Assembly: GCA_964476505.1 (NCBI GenBank)
Contig: CAYZAW010000001.1
Coordinates: 1-56,813 of the forward strand
DNA from: an uncultured Oscillospiraceae bacterium
GTDB taxonomy: Bacteria; Bacillota; Clostridia; Christensenellales; CAG-138
DNA length: 56,813 nt
Direction of reading: 5' to 3'
Shown here: piece after piece, positions 8,374-15,818 of the stretch
Numbering within the stretch: position 1 is the first letter of the stretch
Layout of the letters: every line of letters begins with the position of its first letter
Notes under the pieces: generated by a model
Databases searched by the model: none
Told to the model about the DNA's origin: nothing
What the model saw: only the letters and a program-made list of their open reading frames with translations
Position numbers and translations under genes: made by a program

Positions 8374-9394
8374 ACCGCTCCATATCGATCAATACCTTCA
8401 TGGCGCGGTCTTTTTGTTCCTCGATCAAACGGTAAGCGCTGGCGTATTCCGAGAAGGGAACCCGGTGGGTAATGAGCGTGTCAAAATCGATCAGCCCGTT
8501 TCCCACCAGCCGGATGGCCTCCACATAATCCTCCGTGCGGTACATGGCCGTGCCGGAAAGACGCAGCTCATGATCCTGCACATACCCCATATTGATGAGC
8601 GCCGGTTCCGGCACTACGCCAACCACAATGATGTCGCTGCCCTTTCGGGCGATCTCTACGGCCTCTCCCAAGCAGGCGGGGCTGCCGATGCATTCCAAAA
8701 TGCAGTCCGCACCGTCGCTTCCAAATTGGGCAAGGATGGCATCACGCAAAGGCTGCTCCTTGGGGTTTATGGCCGTAATGCCGCAGCGCCTTGCCGCCTC
8801 CAAGCGGTATGCGGATACTTCGGATAGCAGCACGCCCTTTGCGCCCATGGCGCGGGCGGTCTGCGCCACCAAGTTGCCGATTGGCCCGCCGCCGATCACG
8901 GCGATATTCTTTCCTGCAGGATCGCCAAAGCGGCACACCGCGTGTACGGCTACCGCCAGAGGCTCTATCATTGCCCCATGCTCTAAGCTCATGCTGTCCG
9001 GCAGCTTCAATGCTTTATCGGCTTCTGTCACAAAATACTCGCTTGCCATGCCGGTGGTTTGAAAGCCCATCACCTTTAGCGCCTCGCAATCGTTATACAG
9101 CCCGTGGGTGCAGGGGTAACAAACACCGCACACCACCTGCGGCTGGATGGTCACGTGGTCGCCGGGGGCAAACTGGGTTACGCTTTTTCCGACCTTTGTG
9201 ACTACGGCGGACATTTCATGCCCCTGTACCACCGGGTACGAGGTGTAGGGATGCTTGCCGTGCCATACATGGATATCCGACCCGCAAACGCCGATCACCT
9301 TCATTTTTACTTCGATCTGATCCTCTCCCACGGCGGGTACGGGAACGTCCCGGTATTCAATGCTGCCGGGCTGCGTCATAATGGCCTGCTTCAT
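8372..9394 (-). CDS. Zn-dependent alcohol/polyol dehydrogenase (MDR family)
   Basis: GVCGSDIHVWHGKHP and GHEMSAVV Zn-site motifs, structural-Zn Cys cluster CGVCYPC, GGGPIG Rossmann motif. AAGGAG RBS. Confidence 0.85.
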   Translation of the reverse strand: MKQAIMTQPGSIEYRDVPVPAVGEDQIEVKMKVIGVCGSDIHVWHGKHPYTSYPVVQGHEMSAVVTKVGKSVTQFAPGDHVTIQPQVVCGVCYPCTHGLYNDCEALKVMGFQTTGMASEYFVTEADKALKLPDSMSLEHGAMIEPLAVAVHAVCRFGDPAGKNIAVIGGGPIGNLVAQTARAMGAKGVLLSEVSAYRLEAARRCGITAINPKEQPLRDAILAQFGSDGADCILECIGSPACLGEAVEIARKGSDIIVVGVVPEPALINMGYVQDHELRLSGTAMYRTEDYVEAIRLVGNGLIDFDTLITHRVPFSEYASAYRLIEEQKDRAMKVLIDMER

Positions 9395-9405
9395 AGCTGT
9401 ACTCC

Positions 9406-10428
9406 TTATTCCTGCGGTAGAATAACGACCTTTACGGCCTTTTTATCGATAATGAGCTGTAAGCCGTCGCCGTAGCCTGCAAGGGGCAGCTGGTGGGAGA
9501 TCAAGTCGTCCACCACGACCTTGCCGCTTTCTAAGTACTCCAAGGCGCGGCCAAAGCAATGCGTCTGCGCAAAGGAGCCGATGAGCTGATATTCCCGGCT
9601 GAATATCTCATAGGGGCTAACGGAGATCTTAGCATCCTCGGCGCATACGCCGTACACCACGATCTTTGCGCCCATCTTGGCATAGCCAAAACAGCTTTCG
9701 GTAACAGGTGCCGCGCCGGTGGCATCTATCACGATATCAAAGCCCTCAGGCTGGATGGCCTTGATGGCGGCTTCATGCACAGCGGCGTTTTTTCGGTCGA
9801 TCAGCACCAAGTCGGTAAAGCCCAGCTTTTTAAGTATATCCAGCTTGCGCTGGTTGGGATCGGCGATCACGAATTTGCAAACGCCTGCCAAGCGTAAAAG
9901 CTGTGCCAATATGATACCCGTTGGGCCTGCGCCGAACATCAGGCAGCTGTCTCCAAAGCGGGGGCGGATGCGGTCAACACCGTGCACCGCGCAGGCGGTA
10001 GGCTCGGTAAACGTGGCCTGCGCAAAGGACAAATCGTGTATGGGAAACACCTTGTCGTGGTTGATTAGCACATACTCCGCAAACCCACCGGGCATATTGC
10101 AGCCGTGGGAATCGAAATTCTCGCAGTATAAGGGCTTATCTGCACGGCAGGCGGGGCAGTAGCCGCAAAGCTCGGTATTGTCCGCGGTCACGCGGTCGCC
10201 CACCTTCCATTCGGTAACGGCGCTGCCAACGGCGGCAACGGTGCCTGCAAACTCGTGCCCGTTGATCAGCGGAAACTTGGAAATAAAGCTGCCGTCATGG
10301 ATGTGCAGATCGGTTTTGCAAATACCGCAGGCCATCACCTTGATCAAAACCTGATGGGGCTTGCATTCCGGTGTAGGCACCTCCGCCACGGAGAACTCCT
10401 TGGGATTGGTGTAAAGAATGGCGCGCAT
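9406..10428 (-). CDS. Zn-dependent alcohol/polyol dehydrogenase (MDR family)
   Basis: CGICKTDLHIHDG, GHEFAGTV, CGYCPAC, GAGPTG. AGGAGG RBS. Confidence 0.85.
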   Translation of the reverse strand: MRAILYTNPKEFSVAEVPTPECKPHQVLIKVMACGICKTDLHIHDGSFISKFPLINGHEFAGTVAAVGSAVTEWKVGDRVTADNTELCGYCPACRADKPLYCENFDSHGCNMPGGFAEYVLINHDKVFPIHDLSFAQATFTEPTACAVHGVDRIRPRFGDSCLMFGAGPTGIILAQLLRLAGVCKFVIADPNQRKLDILKKLGFTDLVLIDRKNAAVHEAAIKAIQPEGFDIVIDATGAAPVTESCFGYAKMGAKIVVYGVCAEDAKISVSPYEIFSREYQLIGSFAQTHCFGRALEYLESGKVVVDDLISHQLPLAGYGDGLQLIIDKKAVKVVILPQE

Positions 10429-10439
10429 CGTTTTTCCTC

Positions 10440-10823
10440 CTAGATGATTTGATTAAACTCAACCTTTTCGCCGTTTACGCCCTGCACGGTAAAAAACCGT
10501 ACGCCGTGCTTAAAGAAGGGCAGGGTGTTGATCTGTTCGTCCAGCATAGGCAGCCCAAGCTCCTTTGCAAGAAAGAACACCCGCTCAATGTCCTGCACAT
10601 TCAGTGCAATATGGTCGATCGCACCGGCAATTCCAGCAGGCGCATCATATTGATAGGTTTCGATCACGCAGCTGCCAAGCTGCAAAAACAAAACGCTGCC
10701 GTCCGCGTTTTCCCATTGACGGGCAAACCCAAGCGACTCGTAAAAAGCGGCGGTATCCGCTACGCTTGCCGTGGGAATGCCAATGTGCTGTATGCCTGTG
10801 ATATAGCTTTTGATCGCTTCCAT
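10440..10823 (-). CDS. VOC/glyoxalase-family protein
   Basis: ATG 10823 lies behind GGAAAGGA. GIQHIGIPT...FYESLGF and IDHIALNV repeats are typical of glyoxalase/bleomycin-resistance fold proteins. Confidence 0.8.
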   Translation of the reverse strand: MEAIKSYITGIQHIGIPTASVADTAAFYESLGFARQWENADGSVLFLQLGSCVIETYQYDAPAGIAGAIDHIALNVQDIERVFFLAKELGLPMLDEQINTLPFFKHGVRFFTVQGVNGEKVEFNQII

Positions 10824-10883
10824 AGATGTGTCCTTTCCTGCAAAAAAGGCCGGACGCATACCGCATGCGCCCGGCCGGCAGCA

Positions 10884-12011
10884 TTATCGGTTATTCTTAT
10901 AGTAACGCCCAATAGCGTCGCCTGCAAGAACAACGTTTTCGATCTGCTCCAAAGAGATATTAAATGGCTCCTCGTCCCAGAAGGAATGGAGGGATACCTC
11001 TGCAATGGTCTGGATGTTTTCGGGTGTTGCGGGCACATGCAGGTCTTCCAGCGTAACGGGAAGGCCTACTGCCAAACAGAATTGAATGACCTCCTCCAAC
11101 TGCTCGGTGCTGCCGCCCTCTGCAACCAATTGGCAGATGGCACCAAAGGCGCAGCGCTCGCCGTGCAGCGAAAGCTTTCCCTCGGGAAGCCCTGTGATGC
11201 CGTCGCCAATGGAATGGGCAGCGGCACAGCCGGTGTTTTCAAAGCCGAGGCCGCTCATCAGCGTATTGGCTTCAATAATGTTTTCCAAGGCCTCTGTTAC
11301 CAAGCCGTTTTCTGCCGCGATCTTTGCCTGCACGCCGTTTTCCATCAATGTATCGTAGCAGGCCTGCGCCACATACAAAGCAGTTTTGGGGCGGCGGTAC
11401 GAGCCGGTGTTGCCGTTGATGTAGTTGGGCGCGTCGGCAGCATCGTTGGAGCGTGCCTCCATGGCGGTAACAAGCGCATCCCCCATGCCGGAGATCAAAA
11501 AGCGGATGGGCGCTTTTGCAATGATCTTGGAGTCCATCAAAACAAGATCGGGGCTTTTGGTGTAATGCCGCGCGTGGGAATGCTCGCCGTTTTCCTTATA
11601 AATAACGGAAAGGGCGGAGGTGGGCGCATCGGTGGAGGCAGAGGTGGGAACGATCACCACCGGCACACGGAAGTTATCTGCCACGGCCTTGGCGGTATCC
11701 AGCGTTTTGCCGCCGCCAATGCCAACGATCACCTCCGGCGCAAAAGCACGAAAAGCGTCTGTTGCGGCATTGATGCGCTGCTCCGTTACCTCGGAATTGT
11801 AAATGATGGTTTCAATTTTAGAGTCGGTTTTTACAAAATCCTCCTTGAGCATACGGGTCATGCTCTCAAAGAAAAACTGATCGATGACCGCCGCCACGCG
11901 TTTGCCGTAAACGCTGGTATATGTTTCTAGCTGGCGAATCACATCCGGCCCTTGAATGTATCGACCGGGGGAACCCCAGGCGCGCACCGCCGGTGCTGGA
12001 ACGTAAGACAT
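10884..12011 (-). CDS. gldA: Glycerol dehydrogenase (iron-containing ADH family III)
   Basis: 375 aa. GIGGGKTLDTAKAVA nucleotide-binding motif, metal-site His residues (AAHSIGDG; HGERCAFG). GAGGAGGG RBS. Confidence 0.85.
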   Translation of the reverse strand: MSYVPAPAVRAWGSPGRYIQGPDVIRQLETYTSVYGKRVAAVIDQFFFESMTRMLKEDFVKTDSKIETIIYNSEVTEQRINAATDAFRAFAPEVIVGIGGGKTLDTAKAVADNFRVPVVIVPTSASTDAPTSALSVIYKENGEHSHARHYTKSPDLVLMDSKIIAKAPIRFLISGMGDALVTAMEARSNDAADAPNYINGNTGSYRRPKTALYVAQACYDTLMENGVQAKIAAENGLVTEALENIIEANTLMSGLGFENTGCAAAHSIGDGITGLPEGKLSLHGERCAFGAICQLVAEGGSTEQLEEVIQFCLAVGLPVTLEDLHVPATPENIQTIAEVSLHSFWDEEPFNISLEQIENVVLAGDAIGRYYKNNR

Positions 12012-12085
12012 GATAATACCCTCCTCATCATATGCTGTTAAAATACGGTTATTGAAGTTATATTACAATGATACTACATAACGAT

Positions 12086-12114
12086 ATAATACTTCCGACT
12101 GCTCCCGTTGTCAA
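12086..12114 (-). promoter_or_regulatory. Sigma-A-type promoter of the gldA operon (TTGACA-17-TATTAT on the minus strand)
   Basis: Plus-strand TGTCAA at 12109-12114 and ATAATA at 12086-12091 with a 17-nt spacer. The 12-mer at 12067-12078 follows 7 nt downstream of the -10 box, near the predicted transcription start. Confidence 0.6.
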
Positions 12115-12161
12115 CATGGAGAGTTAGGGAAAAACACACTGCCGGGATTTGCGAAAGAAGC

Positions 12162-12190
12162 TTGCACAAACCCGCTTTATGCCGTATAAT
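12162..12190 (+). promoter_or_regulatory. Sigma-A-type promoter of the GntR gene (TTGCAC-17-TATAAT); a second extended -10 TGGTATAAT at 12197-12205
   Basis: Hexamers read directly from the sequence. The 12-mer at 12203-12214 overlaps the second -10 box. Confidence 0.6.
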
Positions 12191-12241
12191 TATCAATGGT
12201 ATAATGATACTACAAAACAGCGATAGCACAGGAGGAGTTAT

Positions 12242-12997
12242 ATGCTTGAAAGCAAAAGGTTGGATAAGTCTGTTCCGATACCGCTTTATTTCCAACTAAA
12301 AAACATCATTCTGGAGGAGATCGAGAAGAACGATTTTCCAGTAGATACCATGATACCAACTGAGAACGAATTGTCCGACATGTTTGATATCAGCCGCACC
12401 ACGGTACGGCAGGCGATCACGGAGCTGGTGCAGGAAGGGAAGCTGTACCGCATCAAAAGCAAGGGCACCTTTGTAGCCAGACCGAAGATCAACCAAGATT
12501 TTATCAAACGCGTTGAATCGTATGATGAATCCATCCGCCGCACGGGCCGTGTACCAAGCACCCGCCTGCTGGACATGAAAACCGTTCCCGCAACGGACGA
12601 GGTCGCCGCGGCGCTGGCTCTTTCCTTGGGGGACAAAACCATATACATTTCCCGTTTGCGCAGTGCGGACGGCATCCCTGTTGTAACGGTGGAAACGTAC
12701 CTTCCTTACGATAAATGCGCATTCGTGCTGGAGCACGATCTCGAAAAAGAAGCCCTGTATTCTATTTTCTCCTTGCGGGAGGAAACGCAGATACGCCGCG
12801 TGTGCCGCGTTGTGGAGGCGGTGGCTGCGAACTCGAAGGACGCAGAGCTTTTGATGATCAAACGGGGAAAACCGGTACACTTTTTCCACACCACGGGCTT
12901 TAACGGCAACAGCGAACCCATTGAATACTCCATTTCCCGCTACCGGGGAGATCAAAACAAATTCGAGGTGGACGTATTCGTGGAAACCGGAGAATGA
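12242..12997 (+). CDS. GntR-family transcriptional regulator, HutC subfamily (UTRA effector domain)
   Basis: Winged-HTH block LPTENELSDMFDISRTTVRQAITELVQEGKLYRIKSKGTFVA and a C-terminal UTRA-like domain of about 140 aa. AGGAGG RBS. Confidence 0.9.
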   Translation: MLESKRLDKSVPIPLYFQLKNIILEEIEKNDFPVDTMIPTENELSDMFDISRTTVRQAITELVQEGKLYRIKSKGTFVARPKINQDFIKRVESYDESIRRTGRVPSTRLLDMKTVPATDEVAAALALSLGDKTIYISRLRSADGIPVVTVETYLPYDKCAFVLEHDLEKEALYSIFSLREETQIRRVCRVVEAVAANSKDAELLMIKRGKPVHFFHTTGFNGNSEPIEYSISRYRGDQNKFEVDVFVETGE

Positions 12998-13009
12998 TAC
13001 CATACATAC

Positions 13010-13043
13010 GGCGTGCGCTGTGAACAGCGTGCGCCTTTTCTTT
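13010..13043 (+). terminator. Rho-independent terminator after the GntR gene
   Basis: GGCGTGCGCTGT/ACAGCGTGCGCC stem (two G-U pairs) followed by TTTTCTTT. Confidence 0.65.
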
Positions 13044-13062
13044 GTATACATAGATTTTTTTC

Positions 13063-13091
13063 TTGCATCCTTGAAAAACAGGCGTTATTAT
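13063..13091 (+). promoter_or_regulatory. Sigma-A-type promoter (TTGCAT-17-TATTAT) ahead of the decayed ABC locus
   Basis: Hexamers at 13063-13068 and 13086-13091 with an exact 17-nt spacer. Confidence 0.55.
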
Positions 13092-13107
13092 AGAACGTAG
13101 TAATGAC

Positions 13108-14085
13108 ATGACAAAGGAACAATATACAAATATGGGAGGACTGATCCATATGCCTGTCAAGGTGCTGGTAACGCCGCGCTCTTACGGGAAAACCGATCCC
13201 GCGGTATTTGGTATGCTGCAGGATAAGGGCATAACGGTGGTAAAAAACGAAACCGGCGACATTATGAGCCGGGAGCAGATCATGGAGGCTATTGCCGGCT
13301 GCGACGGCGTGATACTGGGCGTAGACCCCATGGATGCGGAGGTGATGGCGGCGGCACCCAAGCTTCGCGCCATTGCCAAGTATGGCGTGGGGGTAGACAA
13401 TATCGATCTTGCGGCGGCACAGCAGCGGGGAATCAAGGTGTCCCGCACGGTAGGCGCAAACAGCGAGGCCGTTGCGGATTACGCCTTTGCGCTGATGATC
13501 GCCCTTGCGTTTATGTATATCTGCCGCGGCATCGGCATGCTTTCGTATCAGGGCCATCCGCCTACCATTCTCGACCCTGTGTTTGTGGCGCTGCCTAAGC
13601 TTACGTTACTGGGCATTCCGTTTATCACGTGGATCGCCATACTGATGCTGCTGTTATGCTGGTTCATTCAGGAATACACCGCCTTTGGCCGGTATATCTA
13701 CGCCGTGGGCACCAACGAAAGCATCCCCCGCTCCGTGGGCGTGAATGTAGACCTGGTAAAGGTGAAGGTGTTTACCCTTGCGGGCTTCCTGTTTGGCGTG
13801 GCGGGCGTGCTTGGCGCTATCCGCCTTGGGCAGGGGCAGGTGGGCATTGGGGACGATATGATGTTCCCTGCGCAGGCGGCAGTGGTCATCGGCGGAACGT
13901 CTCTTGCAGGCGGCAAGGGCGGCGTGATCAATACCATCGTAGGTGTATTGATCATGACGGTGCTCAACAACGGCTTGCTGCTCTTAGGCGTGAACCCCTA
14001 TGTGCGTACCGGTATCCAAGGGCTGATCATTCTGATCGCTGTGATACTGACCATCCCCAAGGGCGGGAAGATCATCAGCAAGTGA
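13108..14085 (+). pseudogene. Chimeric ORF: N-terminal third of a D-2-hydroxyacid dehydrogenase fused in frame to the C-terminal half of a CUT2 (RbsC-like) ABC permease
   Basis: Residues up to ...GANSEAVADYAFALMIALA are 2-hydroxyacid dehydrogenase (2-HADH)-like (likely start MPVKVLVT at 13150). From FMYICRGIG onward the sequence is RbsC-like (TAFGRYIYAVGTNE, GGTSLAGGKGG). Junction at about 13501-13512. Confidence 0.7.
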
Positions 14086-14102
14086 GCCGGAAGGAGAAAG
14101 CA

Positions 14103-15174
14103 ATGGAAGAGAAAAAATTACTGTTTTCCGCGCGGGATATCACAAAATCCTTCTCCGGCACGCAGGCGCTCAAGGGCGTTGAATTGGATGTGCATGAGGG
14201 AGAGATCGTAGGCCTGGTTGGCGAGAACGGCGCGGGGAAATCCACCCTGTTGAAGATCATCATCGGCGCACAGCCGCAAACCAGCGGCGGCATGGTTATG
14301 CACGGGAAGGAATATGCGCCAAGAAACCCCATGGACGCCAACCGCGAAGGCATTGGCATGGTGTTTCAGGAGCAGTCGCTCATCGTGAATCTGAACGTGG
14401 CGCAAAACATCTTTTTCGGGCATGAAAAAGCCTTCCGCAAAAACGGCTTTATCAACTGGAAAAACATGAACGCCGCGGCAGCCGAGGTGCTTGCGGATGT
14501 GGACGTTACGGATATCAACCCCAAGAAAAAGGTGTCCGATCTAAACTTTGCCACGCGCCAGATGGTGGAAATCGCCAAGGTCATGAACGTAACCAAAACG
14601 GAGGACGGGCGCAAGTGCCTGATTCTCCTGGATGAGCCCACGTCGGTTTTGAACGAGGGCGAGGTGCAAAACCTGTTCAAGCAAATGCGAAAGATCGCAA
14701 GCCGCGGGCATGCGGTGGTGTTCGTTTCCCATCGCTTGGACGAAATACTGGAGGTTACGGATCACATATACGTTTATAAGGACGGCACCAGCGTGGGGCA
14801 CCTGCCCACCAGCGAAGCCAACGAGGCAAAGCTGTACGAAATGATGGTGGGCCGCACCACGACCACCGAGTATTATCACTTGGATAAGCAGCTTTCGCCT
14901 TCCGACGAGGTGGTGCTGGAGGTAAAAGACCTTGGCCTTAAGGGCGTATTCAAGCATGTGGATTTTCAGCTGCATAAAGGAAGAAATTTATTCCCTCATC
15001 CGCGATATCGTGCGGGAGGGGAAATCCGTAATACTGTTGGGCGATACGCTGGATGAATGCATTGGCATGAGCAGCCGCGTGATCGTGCTAAGAGACGGAC
15101 TGATCACCGGGGAGTTCAACGCCTCGGTAGAAGTGAAGCCCAGTCAGGTTGACGTTGTCAGCCTGATGATGTAA
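14103..15174 (+). pseudogene. CUT2 sugar ABC ATPase remnant: NBD1 intact, NBD2 almost entirely deleted with a frame change
   Basis: NBD1 has GENGAGKST, a signature-like region and LLDEP. The ORF leaves frame after VDFQLHKG (about 14976-14981) and stops at 15056. The +1 frame continues as KEEIYSLIRDIVREGKSVILLGDTLDECIGMSSRVIVLRDGLITGEF, the extreme C-terminus of NBD2, to 15174. Confidence 0.75.
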
Positions 15175-15188
15175 GGAGGGCGGCAGCA

Positions 15189-15818
15189 ATGGAAAAACAA
15201 GTGACATCCGTAAAGAAACCGTTGGGCGGCAGGAGCTTCCGCGAGAATTTCATGAAGTACTTCAGCTTCTCCGCCATCATTCTGCTGGTGCTGGGCTTTA
15301 GCATCACACAGGATCATTTTCTGGGGCAGGCGAATTTGACCACGCTGTTAAGGGATACCGCGCCGTTGATGATCATGTCCGCTGGCATGACCATGGTGCT
15401 GATATTTGGCTCCATTGACCTGTCCATGGGCGCAGTCTGCTCGGTATCCAATGTGCTGTATGTAAAGTTTTTGACCGATTACGGCGAGCAAATGCCCTCC
15501 GTTGGCATAGCAACGCTAACAGCGCTCTTGATCTCCCTCGGCTTTGGGCTGCTGTCCGGCTGTATGCTGGGCGTGGTGCATGTAAAGCTGAAGGTACCGT
15601 CCTTCATTGCCTCGCTGGGCTTTATGTCCGTATGGCAGTCCACGGCGCTGTTGATCTCCGAAGCGCCCATATCCGTGCCTAAGGCCATGTGGGGCGCTAT
15701 CAACTGGTATAAGACCTCCTTCGGGGTAATAGGGCTGCCGCTGGTACTGGCGCTTGTGATCGTACTGTTGATGTATGTGTTCTCTACGAAAACCACGTTC
15801 GGTAAATGCTTGACATGA
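15189..15818 (+). pseudogene. N-terminal half of a second CUT2 ABC permease, truncated right after the conserved T.FGK motif
   Basis: Typical RbsC-like N-terminus and GSIDLSMGA motif. It ends ...STKTTFGKCLT* where full-length homologues continue with .IYA.G.NE. Confidence 0.7.

Noticed and set aside
10449-11930. 493-aa plus-strand ORF covering almost all of gldA on the opposite strand
   Set aside because: It is the antisense shadow of a GC-rich gene. The translation is Arg/Gly/His/Cys-rich with no motif or RBS, whereas the minus-strand frame gives a textbook glycerol dehydrogenase.
13629-14102. Upstream extension of the ABC ATPase ORF (listed as a 475-aa ORF starting at 13629)
   Set aside because: The extension overlaps the permease-like reading frame and translates to Arg/Gly-rich nonsense. 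A GGAAGGAG RBS and MEEKKLLF... start at 14103 fit the ATPase family N-terminus.
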